From Oceanispirochaeta sp. (GTDB taxonomy: Bacteria; Spirochaetota; Spirochaetia; DSM-2461), in the NCBI GenBank assembly GCA_963666275.2, contig CAXXOA010000002.1:1536001-1600000 (forward strand): a DNA stretch of 64,000 nucleotides. Direction: 5' to 3'. Of the stretch, positions 43,765 to 52,695 are shown one piece after another. Within the stretch, counting starts at the first letter, position 1. Every line of letters begins with the position of its first letter. Made by a program: the position numbers and the translations under genes. The notes below the pieces were generated by a model. The model saw nothing but the letters and a program-made list of their open reading frames with translations. It was not told the origin of the DNA and made no database searches.

Positions 43765-45030
43765 TCAGTCTGATCCGGCTATGCTCTGCATTTTTCTCTG
43801 ATAATTATAAATCATATCCTCTTCAAATGCTTCGTTGCTGGGATACTCCCTTCCGAAAACGCGGCTCCAGAGTGAGGGATCCTCCATGCAGAGATAGAAG
43901 AAGACTTTCCCGTGCCAGGGCGAGAAGGTCCTGTAGGCCCTCTGAAAAAGTTCCTCTTTTATGGAAAGGGGATAGGACCACTTGCCGGCAGCCTCCTCCA
44001 GAGGCATCTGCAGGATCTTGCTTCTTATAGGCCTTTTCCGCAGCAGTTTGAGAACAGGTTTTATATAGGTCAGAGTGCCGAAAGAGACGGTGACAACCTC
44101 TTCGGGAGAGAACATCTCAGTGACTCTTTCAATCACCCGGGTGTACTCCTCCTCCCAGCCCTTATACCAGACCATGGGATGAAAGTGGAATCCCACAGGA
44201 ATCTTCCTGTCTGCAGTTCTCCGGGCGGCTTCCAGACGCCTTTCCAGCGAGGCTGTCAGCCTTTCTTCCGACTCGATAATGGTCGGCGCATTGAGCGACC
44301 AGGTGGCCAGCACATTCGGGGGCACCGGAAGATTCAGGAACTCCCCCACATTGTCTGATTTGGTTTTCAGTTCCAGTACAACATTCGGGTTGTCCGCAGC
44401 AAAGGCCATCAGATCTTCCAGAACACCCTCCCGGTTGCCCCACATCAGAGAGTCCGATGACTGGCCCGTCCCTATATGCCAGGATTTTTCAGGATCCAGT
44501 TCCAGATTCCGGAGTTTCTCTTTCAGTTCGCTGTGAAAGAGAATCCGGTTATCATGATAGAAAGACTGGATGGAGCAGTAGGAGCAGTCAAAGCCGCAGT
44601 TGATCACTGCATCCAGGGTTTTCAGATTGCAGCAGCGGGTTTTGACCGATGCCACCGGGCACTCTCCCAGGATGGTCCGGCTGTCGCTGAGAGCCTGAAA
44701 TCCCGGGGCTTTCCTCTGTATTTTTTCCGGATGAAAACCACTGTAGTCCTTGGGGGTTTCCTTCAGGACGTCCCATTGCTTTCTCATCTGTCTGAAGAGC
44801 TTGTCCTTATCCTGTTTTTTTCCGGGTTCTTCTACATGCTGATCCTGCCAGAGGTCCTGAAGGAGTCCCTCATCCCAGGTTTCCAGGTCTCTGGCAATCC
44901 TTATGAGGATACGCATTTCCTGATAGCTGAACTGCCAGCGGCTATCCAGATTTTCAAGGAATTTTCTATTGGATTCTGACAGCAGGAGGTATTCCCCGTC
45001 GCTGCCGAATTGTGTTAGTTTAGGTGACAT
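43765..45030 (-). CDS. Spore photoproduct lyase (SplB)-like radical SAM protein
   Basis: NCGFDCSYC, LELKTK, WSLN, E..TASLERRLEAA and GFHFHP motifs. Confidence 0.8.
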   Translation of the reverse strand: MSPKLTQFGSDGEYLLLSESNRKFLENLDSRWQFSYQEMRILIRIARDLETWDEGLLQDLWQDQHVEEPGKKQDKDKLFRQMRKQWDVLKETPKDYSGFHPEKIQRKAPGFQALSDSRTILGECPVASVKTRCCNLKTLDAVINCGFDCSYCSIQSFYHDNRILFHSELKEKLRNLELDPEKSWHIGTGQSSDSLMWGNREGVLEDLMAFAADNPNVVLELKTKSDNVGEFLNLPVPPNVLATWSLNAPTIIESEERLTASLERRLEAARRTADRKIPVGFHFHPMVWYKGWEEEYTRVIERVTEMFSPEEVVTVSFGTLTYIKPVLKLLRKRPIRSKILQMPLEEAAGKWSYPLSIKEELFQRAYRTFSPWHGKVFFYLCMEDPSLWSRVFGREYPSNEAFEEDMIYNYQRKMQSIAGSD

Positions 45031-45063
45031 AATTACAAATAATACTATAGGAAAGCCTATCTA

Positions 45064-45429
45064 ATGAAAATACGTCGATACGATGTCCTGGCAATCATTC
45101 TTTCTCTGGCCGTTTTTCTGGGATTTACCCTTTACGGCATGAAGTTCCGGGAAGAGACAGGATACCTTCTTGTTGAAGATGCGGAGTCTCAGTATCTCTA
45201 TCCTCTATCGGAAGATAGAACCATAACCATGACCGGCCCCGTCGGTGAGACCGTTATTGAAATCCATGACGGGGAAGCCCATTTTCTCAGCTCCGACTGT
45301 CCTGACGGACTCTGTGTCCAGATGGCGCCCATCGCCGAGGCGGGAGACTGGGCGGCCTGCCTGCCCAATCAGGTGTTTATTACAACAAGCGGCGGAGCAT
45401 CGAAGGGGGTAGACGCAGGTGTTTACTGA
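45064..45429 (+). CDS. NusG domain II-containing membrane-anchored protein (EetA-like)
   Basis: N-terminal TM; GPVGET.IEI, SDCPDGLCV and ACLPN motifs. Confidence 0.85.
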   Translation: MKIRRYDVLAIILSLAVFLGFTLYGMKFREETGYLLVEDAESQYLYPLSEDRTITMTGPVGETVIEIHDGEAHFLSSDCPDGLCVQMAPIAEAGDWAACLPNQVFITTSGGASKGVDAGVY

Positions 45430-45979
45430 AAAACAGCTTAACAGATTAGCCATACTGGGGGCATTGAGCCTCTTCCTTTCCACGGTGGAATACCTTTTTC
45501 CCCGGCCCATTCCCTTTATGAGGCTGGGCCTGGCAAACCTTCCTGTGATCCTCTGTCTGGATATTCTGGAAGATAAAAAGAAGGGGGTTCCGGGAATTCC
45601 CATGGCGGGATACTTCCTTCTGATCCTGCTGAAAGTTCTGGGGCAGGGAATGGTGAATGGAACCATGGCTTCCTATGTATTCCTTTTCTCCCTGGTAGGG
45701 TCCTTTTCAAGCGGTCTGATCATGCTGGGGGCCTGGCGCTTTCTCCGTCCGGGCATTACCTTTCTGGGCATCAGCGTTCTGGGAGCTCTGATCAGCAATA
45801 TGTCTCAGATCACCCTGTCCATTGTTTTCATCTTCGGTCCTTCCGCCTGGCGGATCCTGCCCCTGTTTCTGGGCATAGGATTGGGATCGGGCGTTCTGAT
45901 CGGCCTTTTCGCCCAGAGGTTTTCCGAAAAATCCCTCTGGTGGGGACAGGTGAAAGAATCCCAGCGGGAGGTCCAGTAA
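45419..45979 (+). CDS. Gx transporter / Hpre_diP_synt_I family membrane protein (EetB-like)
   Basis: E..FPRPIPFMRLGLAN and GISVLGA..SN..Q motifs; about 5-6 TM. Confidence 0.85.
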   Translation: MFTEKQLNRLAILGALSLFLSTVEYLFPRPIPFMRLGLANLPVILCLDILEDKKKGVPGIPMAGYFLLILLKVLGQGMVNGTMASYVFLFSLVGSFSSGLIMLGAWRFLRPGITFLGISVLGALISNMSQITLSIVFIFGPSAWRILPLFLGIGLGSGVLIGLFAQRFSEKSLWWGQVKESQREVQ

Positions 45980-46620
45980 TGAAGCAGAAAGCAAGACGCA
46001 AACGAACCGATCATCTGGCAAAGATCCTTCCTCCCACAGTCCGTTTCTGGACGGGGATCTCACTGATTCCCGGGTACTTTCTGGTGGATCAGATCCTGCA
46101 GAAATTCATACTTGTCATCCTCTTTGCCTTCATTGCCAAACAGGCGGGGAAAAAGATCCGGTACATGTACTTTACCATGATGATTCTTTCCATTACGGTG
46201 TTTCATCTCCTCTCTCCCATGGGAAGACTTCTTATGGAGATCGGTCCTTTTAAGATTACTTCGGGGGCTCTGGAAACGGGATTCCTCAAGGGAATCACTC
46301 TGGGAGGGCTTGTGTTTCTCTCCCTCTTTTCCGTTACCCCCTCGCTGAAGCTGCCCGGCCGCCTGGGCGGACTTCTGGCCCATATGTTCTACTACTTTGA
46401 AGAGATTCTGGACGGCCGGAAACGGGTGAAAGCCAGTGATTTTATAGGGAGCCTTGATACGATCCTGATGGATATCTTTCCTCCCTCTGATACGGCTGCT
46501 CCGGAAGAAGCCGCCCCGTCGGAAGAGGAGAGTACAAGGTCCTATCCTTTTATGATTCCCTATATCCTTCTTATGGAGTTTCTGGTCTGGGGAGCCGTTT
46601 TCTGGGCTTTTCGGGGCTGA
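45979..46620 (+). CDS. EcfT/CbiQ-like membrane protein (shortened)
   Basis: Start at the TAATG overlap (45979); segment PMGRLLMEIGPFKITSGALETGF resembles the EcfT loop. Confidence 0.55.
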   Translation: MKQKARRKRTDHLAKILPPTVRFWTGISLIPGYFLVDQILQKFILVILFAFIAKQAGKKIRYMYFTMMILSITVFHLLSPMGRLLMEIGPFKITSGALETGFLKGITLGGLVFLSLFSVTPSLKLPGRLGGLLAHMFYYFEEILDGRKRVKASDFIGSLDTILMDIFPPSDTAAPEEAAPSEEESTRSYPFMIPYILLMEFLVWGAVFWAFRG

Positions 46621-47228
46621 TCTACCGGGATGAGGCTCTTCTGATAACGGAAAAGCCTGCAGAGCTCCTCTGCGTTCCCGGAAAAGGGCCGGATAAGGCG
46701 GACTGCCTCTATTCCCGGCTCGGGGAGGCTTTTCCTGAGGTTCTGGTGGTCCACCGTCTGGACCAGTCTACTTCGGGACTGATGGTCTGGGCTCTGACAA
46801 AAGAGGCGCAGCGGGAGCTGGGCCGGCAGTTTGAAAACCGTATCGTCAGCAAGACCTATGAAGCCCTGATTGAAGGGGTTCCCGGAGATCCCTCCGGTGA
46901 GATCTGCCTGAAACAGAGGCTGGATGTGGAAAACCGTCCACGTCAGATCGTTGATTCTCTGCAGGGAAAAGAGGGCCGCACCTCCTGGGAAGTTCTGGAA
47001 ACCCTGCCCGGCGGGATCAGCCGGATCCGGCTCAAACCCCATACAGGCAGAACCCATCAGCTCAGGCTTCATATGGCTTATCTGGGAACTCCCATCGTGG
47101 GAGACCGGCTTTACGGCAACGGGGATACCTCCCGATACGGCCGTATGTGCCTCCATGCCTCCACTCTGAAATTTACCCATCCTCTCAGCGGGGAACCCGT
47201 GGAGTTTTCTTCGCCTGTGCCGTTTTAA
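46617..47228 (+). CDS. rluA: RluA family pseudouridine synthase, apparent non-canonical CTG start
   Basis: HRLDQSTSG, KTYEA, TGRTHQLR and PIVGD motifs. The in-frame LIYRDEALLITEKPAELLCVPG segment extends 43 codons upstream of the GTG at 46746. Confidence 0.8.
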   Translation: MIYRDEALLITEKPAELLCVPGKGPDKADCLYSRLGEAFPEVLVVHRLDQSTSGLMVWALTKEAQRELGRQFENRIVSKTYEALIEGVPGDPSGEICLKQRLDVENRPRQIVDSLQGKEGRTSWEVLETLPGGISRIRLKPHTGRTHQLRLHMAYLGTPIVGDRLYGNGDTSRYGRMCLHASTLKFTHPLSGEPVEFSSPVPF

Positions 47229-47391
47229 AATTTCAATATGATTTTTCACAAATGACAGCCTCTGCTTACTTTGATATTAATAATCATTTGATAATATTAG
47301 AAGTGTCTTTTGCACAATATGTTTAATATGAGTTAAAGGGCAAAATGGGTTTAAAATAGACGTGGAAGAAAGGACCTGATATAATCTAAGT

Positions 47392-47658
47392 ATGCCAACG
47401 CTTTCAATGTTTTTTGGGATTGTAATCCGAATGTATCTCGGCAAAAGGGAGCATAATCCTCCACATTTTCATGCTTATTATCAGGATTTCAAAGGAATCT
47501 TTGATATTCACAATTGTGAACTGGTAGAAGGGAATCTCCCTAAGAGGCAAATAAAACTTATTGAAGCCTGGGCAGAATTGCACAAGGAAGAATTAATTGC
47601 TGATTGGGAACTGGCACAGAATGGTGAAATTCCCTATAAGATTGATCCATTAAGATAA
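47392..47658 (+). CDS. DUF4160 domain protein (putative type II TA component)
   Basis: MPTLSMFFGIVIRMY..EHNPPHFHA..W..LH..EL..W..IDPL. Confidence 0.88.
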   Translation: MPTLSMFFGIVIRMYLGKREHNPPHFHAYYQDFKGIFDIHNCELVEGNLPKRQIKLIEAWAELHKEELIADWELAQNGEIPYKIDPLR

Positions 47659-47668
47659 GGAGGAGCAA

Positions 47669-47923
47669 ATGTATCAGGGCGTTAAGGATGTTAAACCCCT
47701 TTCAAATTACAGATTACTACTCACTTTTGAAAATGATGAAAAACGTTATTTTGATGTTTCACCTTATCTTGATTTAGGAATTTTTTCAGAATTACGGAAC
47801 CTATCAATTTTCAATGCAGTCGCTGTAAAATTCGATACAATCGAATGGCCCAATGGAGCAGATTTAGACCCAGAAGTGCTTTATCGTGAAAGCTCTATCG
47901 ACGCACCACAATTCATTGTTTAA
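47669..47923 (+). CDS. DUF2442 domain protein (putative TA partner)
   Basis: Y.L.LTFEN and TIEWPNGADLDPEVLY motifs; paired with DUF4160. Confidence 0.88.
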   Translation: MYQGVKDVKPLSNYRLLLTFENDEKRYFDVSPYLDLGIFSELRNLSIFNAVAVKFDTIEWPNGADLDPEVLYRESSIDAPQFIV

Positions 47924-48026
47924 CAGCAAATGTGAGCAACCCCTTCGTCTTGAGATTCGCCACATCCAATAGGCTGGACTTCACAACTTATACTGAACTT
48001 AAGAGGAAATCTCCAATGAGGGATTT

Positions 48027-48524
48027 ATGCTGAAAATTGAAAAGTTTAAACAACAGGATATTTCAACTTTATTGATATGGTTGGAAGGCACTGATAACAG
48101 ATTCCTTTATCTGTTTGCAGGGCCGAAATATCAATTTCCGCTAACAGAACAGCAACTATTAGAAACCATAGAATCAGATGAAATCTTGCCTTTCAAATTT
48201 ATGGATTCGGAAACTGGTGAGATTCTTGGACATTGCCAGATTATGAGGATAGATTTCCAGCAGCATTCAGCATCCCTCGGGCGGATTTTAATTAATCCTG
48301 ACTGCAGAGGCAGAGGTTTGGGAGCCAGGATGCTAAACGAGATAACAGGTTATGCGAAGAAAGTTCTGAATCTGAAAAAGCTCAGTTTAAGAGTCTATGA
48401 TTTTAATCAAACAGCTATAAAATGTTATAAGAACATTGGATTTATTGAAACCGGAACTGAATTTCTTGAGATGGAAGCATTTGATGAAGTCTGGAAGTGT
48501 ATTTCAATGGAATATACCATCTGA
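48027..48524 (+). CDS. GNAT acetyltransferase
   Basis: RGRGLG and N..AIKCY..IGF motifs. Confidence 0.9.
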   Translation: MLKIEKFKQQDISTLLIWLEGTDNRFLYLFAGPKYQFPLTEQQLLETIESDEILPFKFMDSETGEILGHCQIMRIDFQQHSASLGRILINPDCRGRGLGARMLNEITGYAKKVLNLKKLSLRVYDFNQTAIKCYKNIGFIETGTEFLEMEAFDEVWKCISMEYTI

Positions 48525-48670
48525 TACATACCTCATCGGTTTCTTGCATTAACAGTGAATACGGATCTGCATTTTGCTGCTCCCCAATTTTTCAGTCAGC
48601 TTCGTCCATTCACAAAACGCGAAGCTGATATGTGAGTTATTATGAAGTATCATTGATAGGGGAGACGTAA

Positions 48671-48907
48671 ATGAAAACAATGACCTGCAGACAGCTTGGT
48701 GGAGCCTGTGATAGGAAGTTTCAGGCAAATTCTTTTAATGAAATTGCTGAGATGAGTAAAACTCATGGAATGGAGATGTTTCAGAAAGGAGATGAAGCTC
48801 ATCTGAAAGCAATGGATGCAATGAAAACCATGATGGAGCAGCCACAGAAAATGCAGGAGTGGTTTGATCTGAAGAAAAAAGAATTCGAAGCCTTGCCGGA
48901 AGATTGA
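48671..48907 (+). CDS. DUF1059-like small metal-binding protein
   Basis: MKTMTCRQLGGAC...HG...H pattern; SD AGGGGAG. Confidence 0.75.
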   Translation: MKTMTCRQLGGACDRKFQANSFNEIAEMSKTHGMEMFQKGDEAHLKAMDAMKTMMEQPQKMQEWFDLKKKEFEALPED

Positions 48908-49188
48908 GTAAAACTATCTGTCTTGTTGAAGGCTGCTGAAAACGACAGGTTCGAATCTCTTGATTAATTCGGATAATATTTTATTTTCTGAATCAGATCA
49001 TAATATAAAATAAGGATAAGTTTTTATCTCACAAACGGCTTCTTTCAGCAACTATTTACTTAGCCTTCGGATTGTACTTAATCTCACGGACATTGTTTCT
49101 CAGGCATTATCACGCATTTTTAAAATGCCAGGTGTCTTGTATATGTATTACTATTGCTTTGCTGTTATACTAAAGTTATACTTATAGT

Positions 49189-49431
49189 ATGAAAACGGCT
49201 ATTTCAATTCCAGACAATCTATTTAAAGATGCGGAAATCACTGCAAAACAGTTAGGTTTGGCCAGAAGCCAGCTCTATGTAAAAGCGATAAAAGAATTTA
49301 TTGAACATCACAATAAAGATCATATTACTGAAAAGTTAAACTCTCTCTATTCCGAGGAAAGTAACCTGGAAGAAATTCACGACATGGGAATAGAATCCTT
49401 GAGAGAGGCAACGAAAAATGATTCGTGGTGA
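49189..49431 (+). CDS. Ribbon-helix-helix antitoxin (ChpI/MazE6-like)
   Basis: MKTAISIPD.LF..A..LG..RSQLY; overlaps the downstream toxin gene. Confidence 0.88.
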   Translation: MKTAISIPDNLFKDAEITAKQLGLARSQLYVKAIKEFIEHHNKDHITEKLNSLYSEESNLEEIHDMGIESLREATKNDSW

Positions 49432-49759
49432 ACTCTGGTGGGCTGATCTGGGTATTCCTTTCGGTAGTGAACCCGGATTTAAAAGGCCCGTTGTTATTGT
49501 ACAGGATGATGCGTTTAACCGGAGTCAAATTCAGACAGTAATCGTTGTATCAATAACAACAAACATGAATTTGGCTGATGCACCCGGGAATGTCTATCTC
49601 GAAAAAGAAGAATCCGGATTACCAAAAGAGGGAGTCGTCAATATTTCTCAGCTTTCAACGATAGATAAAAGAAGACTTGTTGAGCGGATCAGTATTTTAC
49701 CGCCAGGCATTATGTCTGAAGTGGATTTTGGATTACGATTGGTCTTAAACACTCTTTAA
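49418..49759 (+). CDS. mazF: MazF/PemK family endoribonuclease toxin
   Basis: RGELWWADL..P.GSEPGFKRPVVIVQ, SGL and QLSTIDK motifs. Confidence 0.93.
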   Translation: MIRGELWWADLGIPFGSEPGFKRPVVIVQDDAFNRSQIQTVIVVSITTNMNLADAPGNVYLEKEESGLPKEGVVNISQLSTIDKRRLVERISILPPGIMSEVDFGLRLVLNTL

Positions 49760-49765
49760 TATCGA

Positions 49766-49803
49766 GGCACTGCACCTAGCGAATATGCAGTGCCGCTTTT
49801 TTT
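49766..49803 (+). terminator. Intrinsic terminator after mazF
   Basis: GGCACTGCA..TGCAGTGCC stem followed by a T run. Confidence 0.7.
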
Positions 49804-49895
49804 CTGGTATTACTGGATCTTCATCTCTACAATCGGCTCTTTATGCTGTCGGAACTTGTAGTGTAAATTATTTTGCCTGAGGAGTTAACCGCTAT

Positions 49896-50285
49896 ATGAG
49901 AAATGTAACAAGAATCCTGTTAACTGTCTTAGGTACCTCTTCTGTCGCATTAACGATCTACCGCTGCTATATTTATTTTATGGTAGATCAGAGTAATCCC
50001 TCGGCAAGGGCATCCCAAATATCAAACACTCTGATAACGACTTCAATAATTATCATTCTCTTCTTTTTTCTTAATCTGGTAATCATTATTTCTCTCTTCA
50101 AGTACATCGATCCAGGAAAAAAGGCTGTAACCATATACATGCTCTATTCATTGATTATGTACATTAATGGAATAGAAATTTTATTTGTTTCTACTGCAGC
50201 AATCGTTATCCTCATTTTGAGGATTCTTCTTCACAGCCGCCGTAAAGGAAAAGGACTATTGGATGCCTGCAAAACTGATTTTTGA
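49896..50285 (+). CDS. Hypothetical membrane protein
   Basis: 129 aa with about 4 hydrophobic segments; AT-rich; SD GAGGAG. Confidence 0.6.
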   Translation: MRNVTRILLTVLGTSSVALTIYRCYIYFMVDQSNPSARASQISNTLITTSIIIILFFFLNLVIIISLFKYIDPGKKAVTIYMLYSLIMYINGIEILFVSTAAIVILILRILLHSRRKGKGLLDACKTDF

Positions 50286-50469
50286 CAATGAAATAGACCT
50301 GTATAGAAGCCTTCCTTTTCGGGTGATGTTCTTTCTCCCCGTCATCGTCGTAATCTCAATTTTAAAAATTCATTTTACATTTAAAAAATGTTTATTTACT
50401 ATTTACCCATCAAGGCAGTAGCAGGATAAATATGATTAAACAGATTCCCTTATATTGCCGGGAGGTCTG

Positions 50470-50961
50470 ATGAATATCGATAAGGGTGTAAAACTGAGGA
50501 AAGCAGGAAAATTCAAGGAATCGAATCTTTTTTTTAAAAACCTTGCCATTGAAAATCCCGATGATGCTGTTGTTCAGTATCAATGTGCATGGAGTTTTGA
50601 TCTTTTAGAGAAAGAAACTGAAGCAATCAATCATTACGAAAGAGCCATTGCCCTTGGCCTTCCGGAGGAGGATCTCAGAGAAGCATTACTTGGTCTGGGC
50701 AGTACATACCGTTCGATTGGTGAGTATGAAAGATCAAAGCAGATCTTTGAAAAGGGGATATCCCTGTTCGATGATAATTCCCTGAAGGTTTTCTATGCCA
50801 TGACTTTATATAATTCCGGAGATCATGCACAATCAATGGAAATATTGCTGAATATCATTGCTGATACTGCAAAGGATGAATCAATACAGGCATATAAAAA
50901 AGCAATCAAGTTCTATTCCGGAAGGCTGAATGAGGTATTTCCCGCAAAGGGAGATAATTAG
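50470..50961 (+). CDS. Tetratricopeptide repeat protein
   Basis: YQCAW..D..E.EAI.HYERAI and LGLGSTYR motifs. ATG 50470 follows GGAGG. Confidence 0.85.
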   Translation: MNIDKGVKLRKAGKFKESNLFFKNLAIENPDDAVVQYQCAWSFDLLEKETEAINHYERAIALGLPEEDLREALLGLGSTYRSIGEYERSKQIFEKGISLFDDNSLKVFYAMTLYNSGDHAQSMEILLNIIADTAKDESIQAYKKAIKFYSGRLNEVFPAKGDN

Positions 50962-51086
50962 ATACGGGATATTTACTTTCCAACTGCCCCGTTCGATTGG
51001 ACGGAAAGGCTCTTTCAGGAAACAATCCCGAGGGGGGATGTTCCTGTTACTTTTGACGGGAGTCAATAACCAATAGGAAGAAGATA

Positions 51087-51545
51087 ATGGATCGATATAC
51101 AAAAGCACTGGAGTATTTTTCAACTGGATCCGGCTGTGCCCAGTCGGTGGCCCTGGCTTTTCAGGATACAATGGGTCTGGATGAAATCCATATCAAAAAG
51201 ATGGCTTCCTCTTTCGGGTCGGGCATGGGAAAGCTCCAGAAAACATGCGGGGCCTTAACAGGAGCCTACATGGTGATCGGGTTTCTGTTTCCCCTGGCTA
51301 ATGAAAAATCCGAAAAGGAACGCCAATACAGGGCTGTGCAGGAACTGACAGAGAAATTTGAGAAGGTCCATGGTTCCGCTGCCTGCAGAGACCTCCTGGA
51401 ATGTGATTTCAATTCAGACGAGGGAGAACAGTTCTTTCAGACCAATGATCTGAAAAACAGAGTCTGCTCCCTGTGCATTAAAACTTCCATTTCGCTTCTG
51501 GAAGAACTGGTTCAGGCGGAATCTCTTCCGTTAAGTATCCGCTGA
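51087..51545 (+). CDS. C_GCAxxG_C_C family putative redox-active protein
   Basis: CAQSV, FGSGMG..TCGALTG, CRDLL and C..C motifs. Confidence 0.9.
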   Translation: MDRYTKALEYFSTGSGCAQSVALAFQDTMGLDEIHIKKMASSFGSGMGKLQKTCGALTGAYMVIGFLFPLANEKSEKERQYRAVQELTEKFEKVHGSAACRDLLECDFNSDEGEQFFQTNDLKNRVCSLCIKTSISLLEELVQAESLPLSIR

Positions 51546-51578
51546 TTATCAGTTTATTTACACAAAAAAGGATTTTAA

Positions 51579-52595
51579 ATGGAAAACGAAACTGTTTCAT
51601 CAAATCAGGTCTCATGGACATGGGCGGACCAGATCAGTTCCTATCGGTTCTGGGGGCTGTTCCTTTTCTATCTGCTTCTGATTATCCCCAATATTATTCT
51701 GAACGTATCCTATCCCTTTTTTACTGAGATGTACGGTCTGAGCGCGGTTGATCTGGGTATGGCTATGGCGTTCCGTTCGGTGGCCGGTTTCGGAGGGTTC
51801 TGGCTGGCATGGTTTCTGATCCGCATGAAAAACCATTTCCTCCTCTATCTGTTTTCCTGTCTGACAATCATCGGGCTCATTCTCATCGTTCTTTCAACCT
51901 CTATTGCGGCTCTGGCCACCAGCTTTTTCCTGATCGGCCTCGGTTTCGGCGCTATTTCCCTGGCGGTTCCCGCCATCATTGCCGGAGGCAAAGGGGGGAG
52001 TGAAATGTTCGTTGTCAGTTTCGGGCTGATCACATTCTATGAGCTCCTTGTATGGACATCCTACAGCGGCTTAACAGATCATCTTTTTGAATTATTTCAG
52101 AATCCTGCAAGCTTTCTCATCATGGGAATCGTCTCTTCCGTTCTGGGAACTCTACTGCTTATCCCTGTCAAAGCGGAACCCTTTGCGGAACCGCCGGCAG
52201 AAAGAGACAAAGTGCTGCCCCCTGTGCAGCGGGATCCGGTGATCATGGTCCTTTTATGCCTTATTCCTCTTTATAACATCTACTACATTCTGCACATATC
52301 CTACCGCCTGCATGGTGAAGTAAACAGCATTCATCCCACACGGAAAATCCTGTCTCCCCGGGCGGCCCTGTGGAGCACATTATTGCTTTCGGTTCTGTCT
52401 CCCATGATCGTATCCTCTCTGAATACGAATCTGGCCCGGGAGTTTGAAGAGAATAATCTGCCGGGATTTCACAGAAACGGGGCCATCATTTTCTGGTCCT
52501 TCCTTTTCATCCCTGTCAGCTATGCTCTCATTCAGGCGAATCTGAACAGACTTGTCCGGAATACTGCTGCAGGGAGAGAGGAACCGGTTAGATAA
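51579..52595 (+). CDS. Membrane protein with a half-MFS-like N-terminus and a DUF4234-like C-terminus
   Basis: About 9 hydrophobic segments; RDP..IP.Y..Y...IQ..LN C-terminal pattern. Confidence 0.6.
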   Translation: MENETVSSNQVSWTWADQISSYRFWGLFLFYLLLIIPNIILNVSYPFFTEMYGLSAVDLGMAMAFRSVAGFGGFWLAWFLIRMKNHFLLYLFSCLTIIGLILIVLSTSIAALATSFFLIGLGFGAISLAVPAIIAGGKGGSEMFVVSFGLITFYELLVWTSYSGLTDHLFELFQNPASFLIMGIVSSVLGTLLLIPVKAEPFAEPPAERDKVLPPVQRDPVIMVLLCLIPLYNIYYILHISYRLHGEVNSIHPTRKILSPRAALWSTLLLSVLSPMIVSSLNTNLAREFEENNLPGFHRNGAIIFWSFLFIPVSYALIQANLNRLVRNTAAGREEPVR

Positions 52596-52695
52596 AGCAG
52601 TCCGGATTGGTTTGTACCTGTTATACTATCTTCTGTTCTGTTTCAGAATCCATAGTATTTAAGGACAGCGACGCCAGGATGTTTCAGGAGGGAAT

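Noticed and set aside
42010..44030. Plus-strand ORFs 42010-43206 and 43218-44030
   Set aside because: Antisense to the radical SAM and beta-barrel genes; no motifs.
47273..47291. Fur-box-like GATATTAATAATCATTTGA (14 of 19 match to consensus)
   Set aside because: Very AT-rich context, poor right half and no iron-related gene downstream; likely chance.
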